Positions 37,282-47,189 of a DNA stretch of 47,202 nt are shown piece by piece. The notes beneath the pieces are model-generated. The model was given only the letters and a program-made list of their open reading frames with translations, was not told the DNA's origin and did not search any database. Within the stretch, counting starts at the first letter, position 1, and each line of letters opens with the position of its first letter. Where the stretch lies: contig CAYUYT010000004.1 of assembly GCA_964449345.1 (NCBI GenBank), forward strand, positions 1 to 47,202, in the 5' to 3' direction. The position numbers were made by a program, and so were the translations under genes. The stretch is from an uncultured Spirochaetia bacterium (GTDB taxonomy: Bacteria; Spirochaetota; CALGPD01).

Positions 37282-39489
37282 ATCCCCGTCATTACCCTCG
37301 TTATTATTATCCGAATTAATATTCTCTTCGAAAACCACTACCTTATCTTTACTAATATAGAAACGCGCAACTGCGTCTTGGAAATGCTTTGCTATGTCTT
37401 TTAAATTTTTAGAAACAACGCTTACTTTCTCCGCAGAATCATTTAAGTTCTGCACGATAGCAATATTTCCATGAATAGCTTTATTAATATTGCCCGAAGC
37501 ATTATTAAGGTCTTCTGAGTTTTTATTTACCTGTTCTATGCTTTGTTTTACTTCCCTAATTGTGATTAAAAAACCGTCTGAAATCTGTATGATTTCTTCA
37601 ATAAAATTAAAAACGTTTTTTATATCACTTGATTGCTGCATTATAGATTTGAAAACATCCTGGTTTATGTCGTTGTTTTTATTTACGTCTACCAAAATTT
37701 TATCAAGCCCTGTAACAGCTTTTTCCGCTAGTACATTTGTTTCAGCCACTTTAGAGGTTATATCACGCACAATAGTTGTAATTTCGTTTGCACTCTTGCT
37801 TGCATTCATAGCAAGTTTTCTTATTTCAGAAGCAACAACGGCAAAACCTTTTCCGGCAGATCCCGCATGTGCAGCTTCAATTGCCGCATTCATTGCAAGA
37901 AGGTTAGTTTGCTCTGTAATGTTTTGAATTACATCAATCACGTCATTAATGCGTTTGGTAAACCCTGAAACTTCATTCATGCCCTGTAAGGCGTTATGTA
38001 TTGTATCATAACCTTGTTTAGCAACGTTTTGAAGTGATTCTGAAATATCTTTGGATTGCTTCATAATATCGAATGAATGCTTAACGTTTTCCGCAACGTG
38101 TTTAATTGCGTCAGCAGAACGGCTTATTTTTTCTTTTTGATTTTCCGCATGCTCTGAAGCATAATTTATTTTGTTAGCAACGGTATTAATATCCTCGGTA
38201 ATTTTATTTAGCGTTTTATTCTGTGCATTAAGCATTGCATATTGGCTTTCAACTTCGCTGATAATTTTATTGACATTATAAAAAGTCTGGTCAGAAGATT
38301 TATTAACATCTTTTGATGTAGTATTAATGTAGTTTGATATAACATTCATAAATGATACAATTTCGGCGATGTTTTGATGAAGTAATTTCATTGAATTAAA
38401 TAAAACGCCGATTTCATCTTTACGTTTTGGGTTTTCCACTGCGATATCCAGATTATTGTTTGCGAGTTTTTCACTCATAGCCGTTATTTTTTTGATTGGG
38501 CTTGTAAAAATACGCGCAATAAAAAACGCTGTAATTATAGTTAAAATAAAAATAATGCCTGAGAGTATAAATGCCTGGGCGATTGCATCATTCAATTCTT
38601 GATAAAATATTGATTTTTTTTTCAAAGCGCCGATTAAATAATTTTTGCTTTTAATTTTATTAAAAAGCGCAATGTATTTTGTATCTTCAATTTTAACATC
38701 GTAAATTTTATCCGTTTCAAAATATTTATCATTAGGAAAACCCTGAATTTTAATTTTTTTTAAAAAATTTTTAGGGTATTGTTTTTTTCTATTAATCTCA
38801 TTTTTTTCTGATTCTGTAAATTTTTTTGTATATGTAAATAAATATTTTTTTAGCTGATGCGCAATTACAACGCTGTTTATATCAACTAAAAACAAATGAC
38901 CGTGTTTCAATTCAGCTTCATTTATGATATTTTGAAGTATTGCCGCGTTAAGTTTAATAACTGCAACACCAACGAAATCTCCTTCTAAGTAAACAGGGGA
39001 GGACATATAAATACCGGCTTTTTTCGTTGTTACCCCTATGGTTATTTCGGAAATATAAACATTGCCTCGTTTTACTTTTTTAAAATACGGCCTGAAGGAA
39101 TAATTTTTACCGACTAATTTTTTATTGGTTGAGGCAACGCATTTCCCTTTGGCATCGAGCATATAAACAATAGAGTAAGTTTTAGGCCTTATTTTTTTAA
39201 TTTCTTCTATAAAAATATCTATCTGTCTGCCGTTTTCATTTTGATTTGAAAGAAAATTTTTAACAATTACGGATTTTGAAAAAATCTCAACGCTGCTTTT
39301 ATGGTTTACGAAAAAGTTATCAACGTTATTAGCAACGCTTTTAATATAATTTCTTAACCTTTGCTCCGAGTTTCCTGAAATAGCGGATTTGAGCTGAAAA
39401 GAACGGATAAAAACATATCCCCCTAAGGGAATTAATGAAATTAAAATGAACAAAAGAAAAAATTTGTAAAATAGTTTTTTAATAGCCAT
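37252..39489 (-). CDS. methyl-accepting chemotaxis protein (Cache-type sensor, HAMP, MCP signalling domain)
   Basis: 745 aa. Conserved hairpin tip EQTNLLAMNAAIEAAHAGSAGKGFAVVASEIRKLA. Two TM segments flank a ~280-aa periplasmic domain. Confidence 0.9.
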   Translation of the reverse strand: MAIKKLFYKFFLLFILISLIPLGGYVFIRSFQLKSAISGNSEQRLRNYIKSVANNVDNFFVNHKSSVEIFSKSVIVKNFLSNQNENGRQIDIFIEEIKKIRPKTYSIVYMLDAKGKCVASTNKKLVGKNYSFRPYFKKVKRGNVYISEITIGVTTKKAGIYMSSPVYLEGDFVGVAVIKLNAAILQNIINEAELKHGHLFLVDINSVVIAHQLKKYLFTYTKKFTESEKNEINRKKQYPKNFLKKIKIQGFPNDKYFETDKIYDVKIEDTKYIALFNKIKSKNYLIGALKKKSIFYQELNDAIAQAFILSGIIFILTIITAFFIARIFTSPIKKITAMSEKLANNNLDIAVENPKRKDEIGVLFNSMKLLHQNIAEIVSFMNVISNYINTTSKDVNKSSDQTFYNVNKIISEVESQYAMLNAQNKTLNKITEDINTVANKINYASEHAENQKEKISRSADAIKHVAENVKHSFDIMKQSKDISESLQNVAKQGYDTIHNALQGMNEVSGFTKRINDVIDVIQNITEQTNLLAMNAAIEAAHAGSAGKGFAVVASEIRKLAMNASKSANEITTIVRDITSKVAETNVLAEKAVTGLDKILVDVNKNNDINQDVFKSIMQQSSDIKNVFNFIEEIIQISDGFLITIREVKQSIEQVNKNSEDLNNASGNINKAIHGNIAIVQNLNDSAEKVSVVSKNLKDIAKHFQDAVARFYISKDKVVVFEENINSDNNNEGNDGDLDPGDIVVF

Positions 39490-39687
39490 AAACCCTGCTT
39501 AAAAATTTTAAATACAGCCGCTTATTTGCCGCGCATGAATAATATTATTTAGCATTTTACTAAAAAACGCAAATAAAGTTATTTTTTTATTAATATTTTT
39601 AATATACTCATAATATTAATATTGAACATAAAAAACATATTTTTTAAAATAATTTTTTAAACATACCTTTTTCTTTTTAACATATAA

Positions 39688-39716
39688 TTGACAACGTTAA
39701 AATGATTTTGTATAAT
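39688..39716 (+). promoter_or_regulatory. consensus sigma70 promoter for tRNA-Leu
   Basis: TTGACA (39688-39693), exactly 17 nt, TATAAT (39711-39716). The tRNA 5' end is 11 nt downstream. Confidence 0.75.
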
Positions 39717-39727
39717 TAATCTACTCT

Positions 39728-39811
39728 GCCGGAGTGATGGAATTGGTAGACGTGCCTGACTCAAAATCAGGTGGCTTTATAGCCGTGCGAGTTCGAGTCT
39801 CGCCTTCGGCA
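39728..39811 (+). tRNA. tRNA-Leu (anticodon CAA), long variable arm
   Basis: Manual fold: acceptor gccggag/cttcggc (one G-U), anticodon stem cctga/tcagg with loop ctCAAaa, variable arm gtggctttatagccgt, T-arm gcgag-ttcgagt-ctcgc. No encoded CCA. Confidence 0.9.
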
Positions 39812-39845
39812 AAGGGGCAAAAAAAAGACGTTTAACTTTTTATAG

Positions 39846-39885
39846 CATAGAGCTTTAAGTGGTTCTATGCTTTTTTTATTAATAT
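39846..39885 (+). terminator. intrinsic terminator after tRNA-Leu
   Basis: Stem agcataga / tctatgct followed by a T-run. Coordinates approximate. It overlaps the 5' part of the track ORF 39867-41003, arguing for a later start for that gene. Confidence 0.55.
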
Positions 39886-39971
39886 CTATAAAATTAATTT
39901 TTTTCGTTGTTAAAAATTTATATATTATATTTAATAAATATATAAATATTACGGGATTGTTTAGGGTATTG

Positions 39972-41003
39972 ATGATAAAAAAAAATTACCCGTTGTTAAA
40001 AAATATGATTTATATTTTAAGTTTATCTCTATTATTTCAATTATTATCAGCTATTTTATCTTCACGATTAATAAAAGTAACGGAAAAAAAGTATGCTTGG
40101 TTATTAATATCATGCGCAATTTTTTTTATGGCGATACGAAGAGGAATTCATTTATCTAAAATACTTTTTTTAGGCAAAGTCATTGTTCCATCTTTTATAT
40201 GGCAGGAATTAACCGCGCTTTTAATTTCTTTGTTAATGCTTTCAGGAATTATTTTAATAGCCCCGGTTTTCAAATCTATAACAAGTGTTAGAAAACTTGA
40301 AAAAAGCAACATCGAGCTTGAACAGTCAAATAAATTAAAAGAAGAATTCCTTGCAATATTATCCCATGAAATCCGTACTCCCGTATCGGCAATAATCGGA
40401 TTTACTGAAATTTTATTAGAAGAAAACTTAACTGATACGCAAAAAGAAAATTTGAACTATATTCACGCTTCTGCTAATCAACTTGAAAAACTTTTAAGTA
40501 ATTTATTACAGCTTTCCGTTTTACAATCCGGTAAAGCGCCTGAAATCAATTGTAATAAATTTGACATTAGGGAAATGGTTGACAGCATTATAAGTACATT
40601 CAGCAATGAACTTGAAAAGAAACACAACGTTATAGCTACCCAAGTAAACATTGATTATTTTTATTCCGATGAGATGAGAATTCAACAAATACTATTTAAT
40701 CTAATAGGAAACGCAATAAAATTTACTGAAAACGGAAATATTTTTATTTTCATCAGTCAACGTGAAAATAGTTACATAATCGAAGTTAAAGATACAGGAA
40801 TCGGTATTCTCAAGGATAAACAGAAAAAAATATTTGAAGTTTTTGAACAAGCGGATAGCAGCAACAGGAGGCATTTTCAGGGGGTCGGTCTGGGCTTAGC
40901 AATAACGTATAAATTCATAAAAACTCTTAAAGGAGATATTTACGTTGATAGCGAACCGGGAAAAGGAAGCAGTTTTAAAATAAAATTACCTTTGTGTAAT
41001 TAA
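39972..41003 (+). CDS. sensor histidine kinase (TM, HisKA, HATPase_c), orphan
   Basis: ATG at 39972 (MIKKNYPLL...). H-box AILSHEIRTPVSAIIGF, NLIGNAIKFT, DTGIGI, GVGLGLAITYKF. Confidence 0.85.
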   Translation: MIKKNYPLLKNMIYILSLSLLFQLLSAILSSRLIKVTEKKYAWLLISCAIFFMAIRRGIHLSKILFLGKVIVPSFIWQELTALLISLLMLSGIILIAPVFKSITSVRKLEKSNIELEQSNKLKEEFLAILSHEIRTPVSAIIGFTEILLEENLTDTQKENLNYIHASANQLEKLLSNLLQLSVLQSGKAPEINCNKFDIREMVDSIISTFSNELEKKHNVIATQVNIDYFYSDEMRIQQILFNLIGNAIKFTENGNIFIFISQRENSYIIEVKDTGIGILKDKQKKIFEVFEQADSSNRRHFQGVGLGLAITYKFIKTLKGDIYVDSEPGKGSSFKIKLPLCN

Positions 41004-41355
41004 AAAAAATATTTTTTTTATTTGCAAAAATCTTTACTATACTCTATAGTAAAAAAACATTATATTTATAGGAAATTCGCAACTGATAATATTAGAATGG
41101 GCGGGGAATTAAATTACTCTTACCCAAAAAATCTCTTCAAATCAGATTAAAGTAACGTCTAAAAAACATAAATTAAAAAATGGGTGAAAAATCTATTTTT
41201 TACTTTAATAACGAAAGATTCGATTTATTTAAAACGCGTGTAAAAATGAAAACGCATATTTTATTGAATTGGCAATATTAGCCAATACCCTCATTTTTAC
41301 TCACGTATTAGTTTGTATGTGTAAAATGAATGTAATTCTTATTTTGAAATTTACG

Positions 41356-42324
41356 TTAATAATATATATCATCACATTTAAGATATTTTTTCACGTATTC
41401 ATAAACCCCTGTTTTAAAATCCGTAAAATCATCATTATAATCCGCTTTTCGTAGTTTTGAAATATCCGCACACGTATAATTTTGATATTTTTCATTCAAT
41501 TGCAGAGGCATATCAATGTATTCTACGTTGTATTCTTTTGACATTGCATTAAAAACGTGTATGGCAAGAGAATTGAAACTATTTGCATCACCTGTGCCTA
41601 CATTGTAAATTCCGCATTTATTGTTTGTCGTAAAAAAATGAGTAACTTTTAAAACGTCTTTAACGTAAATAAAGTCTCGTTTTTGTTCGCCGTGGTCTAG
41701 ACCGGTTAAATTTGATTTGAAAAGCTTAATTTTTCCCGTTTGATTTATTTGGTTGTAAGCTTTAAAAATTATGCTTGACATATGTTCCTTGTGATATTCG
41801 TTAGGTCCGAAAACGTTAAAAAAGCGTAACCCCGTTACTTTGTTTTCATACCCGTTTAAAATAACGTAATTGTCAAAAAGCCATTTGGAATATGCGTATT
41901 TATTTAGTGGCTTTAGTTGACAGTTTAATTTTTCATCATCATTAAAGCCAAAATTACCGTTGCCGTAAACAGCCGCAGACGAAGCGTAAATAAAACGAAT
42001 GTCGTTGTTTAAAGCAAAATTTAACAAAGCTATTGAATATTCCACGTTGTTTTTATATAGGTAGTTCATATCTGTTTCAGTAGTGTCGGAACATGCCCCG
42101 AAATGAATTATGTAGTTGATTTTTTGCTTTAATTTTCCCGTTTTAATTATTTCCAAAAAATCGTTTTTATCATAAAAGCGGATGAAATTTTTATTTCTAA
42201 GATTTTTCCATTTATCTTGATTTCCGAATTCGTCTACAGCAATTATATCATTAATTTTATTTTCGTTTAAGTGTTTTATGAATGCGCTACCAATAAATCC
42301 CGCCGCACCTGTAATTAAAAACAT
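41356..42324 (-). CDS. hldD: ADP-L-glycero-D-manno-heptose 6-epimerase
   Basis: ATG at 42324 gives MFLITGAAGFIGSAFIKHLNE. YAYSK catalytic motif. Overall HldD/RfaD-like layout. Confidence 0.75.
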   Translation of the reverse strand: MFLITGAAGFIGSAFIKHLNENKINDIIAVDEFGNQDKWKNLRNKNFIRFYDKNDFLEIIKTGKLKQKINYIIHFGACSDTTETDMNYLYKNNVEYSIALLNFALNNDIRFIYASSAAVYGNGNFGFNDDEKLNCQLKPLNKYAYSKWLFDNYVILNGYENKVTGLRFFNVFGPNEYHKEHMSSIIFKAYNQINQTGKIKLFKSNLTGLDHGEQKRDFIYVKDVLKVTHFFTTNNKCGIYNVGTGDANSFNSLAIHVFNAMSKEYNVEYIDMPLQLNEKYQNYTCADISKLRKADYNDDFTDFKTGVYEYVKKYLKCDDIYY

Positions 42325-42500
42325 AAATTTGCCTTTCAAAATTAAAATTTTTTTGAATTTTAAGACAAATGTAATAAATTTTCCGATGATTTAAAATAAT
42401 GTATATTAATTTTTTTTTACTGTTTAATTTTCTTGACAATTTGAAATAAATATATTTTAATGAATATGGAGATTACGAAAACGTTACGGAGGGTGCTGTT

Positions 42501-42857
42501 ATTAATTTTCAACAACAAAAAAAATCCAATAAACGCGATACATTCAGAGCAAATATTAACGTTGATGGGGAATACACAATGGACGGCGGGCATGGTAATA
42601 GCCGTTGTACTGTATTAGATATTTCAAACAACGGCATCGGCCTTAAAGTTCCGCAGTTTTTAACCGAAGGCGATATTCTCGATATTAAATTCGAAATTCC
42701 AGAATACGGGGAAATTAAAGCAAAAGTCAACGTTGTGTTTATGAAAGGCACTAAAGTAGGATGCAATTTTGTAAGCGTAGATGATCATAGCCGTAAAATT
42801 ATCAACACTTATATCGACAAATATGCAAGCACTAATTTGCGAAAATTTTTTCGTTAA
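42501..42857 (+). CDS. PilZ-domain (c-di-GMP-binding) protein; 5' boundary anomalous
   Basis: The track ORF starts at ATG 42579, but the PilZ RxxxR motif (KRDTFR) is encoded in frame upstream at ~42531-42548, and D.S..G (DISNNG) lies downstream. The only RBS (GGAGG, 42488-42492) precedes ATT at 42501. Confidence 0.6.
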   Translation: MNFQQQKKSNKRDTFRANINVDGEYTMDGGHGNSRCTVLDISNNGIGLKVPQFLTEGDILDIKFEIPEYGEIKAKVNVVFMKGTKVGCNFVSVDDHSRKIINTYIDKYASTNLRKFFR

Positions 42858-42869
42858 GTAACTTTTATT

Positions 42870-43793
42870 ATGGTTTCTGCTTCAAAGCCGTATAATAATT
42901 TCGGGTCATACTTGCGCGAAAAATTTAAAAAACGCATTTTTAAATTAAGCGTTAATGCAGGTTTCTCCTGCCCTAACATTGACGGCAAAATTTCCACGGG
43001 TGGTTGCATATTTTGCAATAACGCATCGTTTGCAACAGATACTTTTAAGCAAAAAGTAAATATCAAACAACAGCTTGAAAAAAATGCATATTCTATGAAA
43101 AAACGGTATAATGCACAAGCATTTATTGCATATTTTCAACATTTTACCAACACTTACGCACAGGATAACGTTCTTATTAGTACGTATGAACAGGCAATTA
43201 ATTTTCCTCAAGTAATGGGAATTGCAATAGGCACTAGGCCGGATTGCGTTACCAACACAATTCTAGATTATCTAAACGAAATAGGCAAAAATAAATACGT
43301 TTGGGTTGAATACGGGCTACAGAGTATTCACAACGAAACGCTTAGGAAAATAAACAGGGGGCATGACTTTGAATGTTTTCTCGATACTTATAACCGTACA
43401 CGCAAACGGCAGAACATAAATATTTGCGTTCACGTTATCCACGGACTGCCGGATGAAAATAAACAAATGATGATAGAAACGGTTAAAACGCTTTCGCATT
43501 TAGGCATTGACGGCATTAAGTTTCATCAGCTTCACGTTGTAAAAGGAACTACCCTTGAAAAAATGTATGAAAAAGGACAAATAAAACTGCCAACACTTGA
43601 ACAATACCTTGATTTATTGGCAACGAGTATACAATATTTAAACAAAGACATTTTAATTCACCGCCTTTTCGGTGTTAGTGCAAACGAAATATTAATTGCG
43701 CCGAAATGGGGGATAAAAAAAAACCGTCTTGAAAACATTATTGATAACTATTTTAAAGAAAACGGAGTTTATCAGGGCAGGTTTCTGGAATAA
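42870..43793 (+). CDS. radical SAM protein, TIGR01212 (YhcC-like) family
   Basis: 307 aa. FKLSVNAGFSCPNIDGKISTGGCIFCNN cysteine cluster typical of TIGR01212. Confidence 0.8.
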   Translation: MVSASKPYNNFGSYLREKFKKRIFKLSVNAGFSCPNIDGKISTGGCIFCNNASFATDTFKQKVNIKQQLEKNAYSMKKRYNAQAFIAYFQHFTNTYAQDNVLISTYEQAINFPQVMGIAIGTRPDCVTNTILDYLNEIGKNKYVWVEYGLQSIHNETLRKINRGHDFECFLDTYNRTRKRQNINICVHVIHGLPDENKQMMIETVKTLSHLGIDGIKFHQLHVVKGTTLEKMYEKGQIKLPTLEQYLDLLATSIQYLNKDILIHRLFGVSANEILIAPKWGIKKNRLENIIDNYFKENGVYQGRFLE

Positions 43794-45856
43794 TGAAAAA
43801 TTATTTAATCACTGAATTCGAAGGTATAGGGCCTAAAAAAGCAGACTTATTAGCGAAATTAGGCATTGTGGATTCCGTTTCACTTTTAACGTATTTTCCA
43901 ACCGGCTACGAAGACAGAACCGAATATGAAACAATTTATGCAGGGGTATCGAACGAAAAAAGCATTCAGGTTAAAATAAAAGTAACGGGTTTTGACAGGA
44001 TAAAAACCAGAGGTCGAGGGCCGGATATTCTTAAAGTTAATATAACTGACGGAGAAACTAATGCAGCCCTTGTATGTTACAACAGGTATTATTTAAAAGA
44101 TACTCTAAAAAAAGATACAGAATACATTGTAATTGGTAAATTCGAATTTAAATACAACGAGTTTCAATGCTCAAACTTTGAAATAGAAATACCCGGAGAA
44201 AACGTTTTTAATTACGGGCGCATTGTTCCTGTTTACGCGCTAACTAAAGGTATAACGCAAAAACTCTTGCGAAAACTCGTTTTTGATGCTTTAAAAACCT
44301 GCATTAACGAATCAAGCGAAAGCTTACCCTGTTATATTTTAAAAAAACGCGTTTTGGCTAGCAGGATTTTTGCCATAAAAAACATTCATTTTCCTGAAAA
44401 CGAAAATGCAATAAACAAAGCAAGGCAACGTTTAATTTATTATGAGTTTTTTGAAATGCATTTGTCTCTTGCAATCAAAAAAAAATACATAAACACAAAA
44501 AATAAAAACAGAAAATTGAAGAAAACGGACATTATAAGTAAAACGCAAGGTGCACTTGACTTTGATTTGACAGGCGACCAAGTACGCGCTCTTTGCGATG
44601 TTTTAAAAGACATACATGCAGATAATCCAATGAGCCGTCTTTTACTCGGTGATGTAGGGTGCGGCAAAACCGTAGTTGCTGTTTTGCCTGCTTTAATTTT
44701 TTTAGAAAACGGCTATCAGGTTGCATTTATGGCACCAACTGAAATTTTAGCAAACCAGCATTATAAAACTGTTAGCGATTTATTAAAAATACCGCGTTAC
44801 AATATTCATCTTTTAAGCGGTTCAATGACAGCAAAAGAAAAACAACGCGTTTCCCATGCTTTGAATTCTGGCGAAATTCATTTTGTAATCGGCACACACG
44901 CTTTGTTTCAGGATTTGATAAATTTTAAAGACCTAGCGTATGTTATTATTGACGAACAACACAGGTTCGGGGTAAAGCAACGCCTTGAGTTAATGAAAAA
45001 AGCGAAAAATCCTGATGTTTTATATTTATCAGCAACGCCGATTCCCCGCTCACTCGCTTTAACACTTTACGGCGATTTAGATATAAGCGTCATTAAGGAA
45101 AAACCCGCTAACCGTATTCCCGTTAAAACCACAGTGATACAGGAAAGCGATTTAAAGCAAACTTTTGATTTTATAAAAGAGCAAACGCAAAAAGGCCAAA
45201 AAGCGTATATTGTTTATCCGTTAATTGAAGACTCCGATAAAATAGAACTTAAAGCAGCGGCAACGGAATATGATAAAGTAAAAAACAGTTATTTCAAAAA
45301 CGTAAACTGCGGACTTATTCACGGCAGAATGAACGTCCGCGAACGAGAAGAAACAATGCAAGGTTTTATAAACGGCAGTATTTCCGTTTTGTTCAGCACA
45401 ACGGTAATAGAGGTGGGTGTTGACGTTCCCGAAGCTACGGTTATGTTAATTGAAAACGCTCACCGGTATGGTTTATCAACTTTACATCAATTGCGCGGTC
45501 GAATAGGGCGGGGTAATGAGCAATCGTATTGTTTTCTCGTACTGCCTAAGAATACAACGGAAAATGCAGTTAAACGCGTTAGAATTATGGAGAAAACAAA
45601 TGACGGTTTTGAAATATCGCAAAAAGACCTTGAAATGCGCGGTCCCGGGGAATTTTTAGGAACGCGGCAACACGGTATTCTTCCTTTTCGTCTTGCTTCA
45701 CTTACCCAGGATAAAGAGTTATTTTTTAAAGCAAGGGAAGATGTAGAAAACGTTATGCAATCTGACCCTGAATTAAAACGCCGCGAAAATCTAATTTTAA
45801 AAAACACGGTTTATAAAAATTTTATGCAGAAATATAAAGCGTTGTTAAGGAGTTAA
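43793..45856 (+). CDS. recG: ATP-dependent DNA helicase RecG
   Basis: 687 aa. Wedge domain plus helicase motifs GDVGCGKT, DEQHRFGV, SATPIPRS, QLRGRIGRG. Its start overlaps the upstream stop (TAATG). Confidence 0.95.
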   Translation: MKNYLITEFEGIGPKKADLLAKLGIVDSVSLLTYFPTGYEDRTEYETIYAGVSNEKSIQVKIKVTGFDRIKTRGRGPDILKVNITDGETNAALVCYNRYYLKDTLKKDTEYIVIGKFEFKYNEFQCSNFEIEIPGENVFNYGRIVPVYALTKGITQKLLRKLVFDALKTCINESSESLPCYILKKRVLASRIFAIKNIHFPENENAINKARQRLIYYEFFEMHLSLAIKKKYINTKNKNRKLKKTDIISKTQGALDFDLTGDQVRALCDVLKDIHADNPMSRLLLGDVGCGKTVVAVLPALIFLENGYQVAFMAPTEILANQHYKTVSDLLKIPRYNIHLLSGSMTAKEKQRVSHALNSGEIHFVIGTHALFQDLINFKDLAYVIIDEQHRFGVKQRLELMKKAKNPDVLYLSATPIPRSLALTLYGDLDISVIKEKPANRIPVKTTVIQESDLKQTFDFIKEQTQKGQKAYIVYPLIEDSDKIELKAAATEYDKVKNSYFKNVNCGLIHGRMNVREREETMQGFINGSISVLFSTTVIEVGVDVPEATVMLIENAHRYGLSTLHQLRGRIGRGNEQSYCFLVLPKNTTENAVKRVRIMEKTNDGFEISQKDLEMRGPGEFLGTRQHGILPFRLASLTQDKELFFKAREDVENVMQSDPELKRRENLILKNTVYKNFMQKYKALLRS

Positions 45857-45862
45857 TAAGTT

Positions 45863-46417
45863 TTGAGAATAATCGCAGGCCAACACAAGGGAAGAACAAT
45901 AGCCGTTCATAAAGGCAAGCATCAAGGTATAAGCAAAAATAAAAAAAAGCTTCCTTACAGGCCCACAACGGATTTTTTACGCGAAACACTTTTTAATATT
46001 TTAGGAGACAAGGTTATAAATTGCAGTTTTGCTGACGTTTTTGCAGGGTGCGGGTCTGTTGGGCTTGAGGCTTTAAGTCGGGGCGCAGAAAACGTAACTT
46101 TTATAGATTCTAACTCTTATAATTTAAGTTTAATTAATACCAATCTAAATATAATTTCTGAGAAAGCAAAAGTGATTAAAAGCGACGCTGTAAATTTTTT
46201 AAAAAATCCGGATAAAGAATACGATATAGTATTTTTAGACCCGCCATATTATCAGGATTATGAAAATGTTTGCATCGCAGCCGGATTAAACAGCAGGATT
46301 GTAAAACCCGGCGGCCTTCTCATTTTACAACATCACATAAAAATAAATTTAAAAATTAAACCCGATGAAAAGAGGAAATATACTCCGAATGTATTGTCGT
46401 TTTATAAAATCAAATAA
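45863..46417 (+). CDS. rsmD: 16S rRNA (guanine966-N2)-methyltransferase RsmD
   Basis: 184 aa, TTG start. MRIIAGQHKGR, RPTTDFLRETLFNIL, DPPY motif. Confidence 0.85.
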   Translation: MRIIAGQHKGRTIAVHKGKHQGISKNKKKLPYRPTTDFLRETLFNILGDKVINCSFADVFAGCGSVGLEALSRGAENVTFIDSNSYNLSLINTNLNIISEKAKVIKSDAVNFLKNPDKEYDIVFLDPPYYQDYENVCIAAGLNSRIVKPGGLLILQHHIKINLKIKPDEKRKYTPNVLSFYKIK

Positions 46418-46946
46418 ACGCGTTAGTTTTATACTTATACTTGTTTTGTTTCTACTAACAATGCGTGCAAACGCATTAATTGATGGTAGCGGAAACTATT
46501 ATTCTAAAAAATTTAAGCTTACGTTTAAAAAACCTCCGGGCAAATTACAGGCGTCCCATATCCCTGTTTTTTTTAAAATGCCTGGCGTTTTAATTCAGTA
46601 TGTGAACCCAATTGAACGCATTACATATACAATTGTGGGAATGAAAACGAAAAAGCCGTTGTCTGTTTTGGGGCAATATTTGCGTTTTCACATTTCAGGC
46701 CCCGCTAGAAACATTGAAATTGTTGAGGACAACGTATGGCTTTTGAAAGAAAATGCAATAACGCTTATGCAACGGTATAAATGCTACGTTAAAAAAATGA
46801 TGTTTTATATAAACGTTTTTTTAATGATGCATAAAGACAAACGGGAAAAAAAAGTTGCTTTAATGATAGCCAGCCCGCATCACCATTTTAAACGCCTGCG
46901 TTATGAGGGGTACAACGCGTATTTAACTTTAAAGTTTATAGATTGA
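46389..46946 (+). CDS. hypothetical exported protein
   Basis: ORF 46365-46946. ATG at 46389 after AAGAGGAAA. Signal peptide VSFILILVLFLLTMRANA. Confidence 0.5.
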   Translation: MYCRFIKSNKRVSFILILVLFLLTMRANALIDGSGNYYSKKFKLTFKKPPGKLQASHIPVFFKMPGVLIQYVNPIERITYTIVGMKTKKPLSVLGQYLRFHISGPARNIEIVEDNVWLLKENAITLMQRYKCYVKKMMFYINVFLMMHKDKREKKVALMIASPHHHFKRLRYEGYNAYLTLKFID

Positions 46947-47147
46947 GCATTTTTTTGTTAGATTGTATATAAACCGCGAAACAATGAAAAACATACGAAT
47001 GATACGAAATCCCCCGGCTTTTTACCGCAAATGCGGAGGAAGAGAATCACCGCTGTATCTCCCTCTTTGAGTAAAGAGGGAGGATTAGTGATAGTATGGG
47101 GTATTAAGAGAAATCATCCCTAGCCCTTCTTTAAATAAAGAAGGGAA

Positions 47148-47189
47148 TCACCGATTCAATTTCGAAGTGCATATTTCATACACTCATAA
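47148..47189 (+). repeat. 42-bp dispersed repeat, copy B
   Basis: Matches 34965-35006. Here it continues into a hairpin tcatacac-tcataag-gtgtatga (47176-47198). Confidence 0.8.

Noticed and set aside
41269-41454. 61-aa ORF overlapping the 3' end of hldD
   Set aside because: It is antisense to the conserved HldD C-terminus, with an I/F-rich artefactual translation.
47060-47145. Possible CRISPR-like array of hairpin repeats
   Set aside because: There are only two non-identical units with irregular spacing, and no cas genes are present.
35007-47147. A 12-kb segment bracketed by direct copies of the 42-bp repeat, considered as a mobile element
   Set aside because: It contains core genes (recG, rsmD, hldD, tRNA-Leu), has no recombinase, and has ordinary composition.
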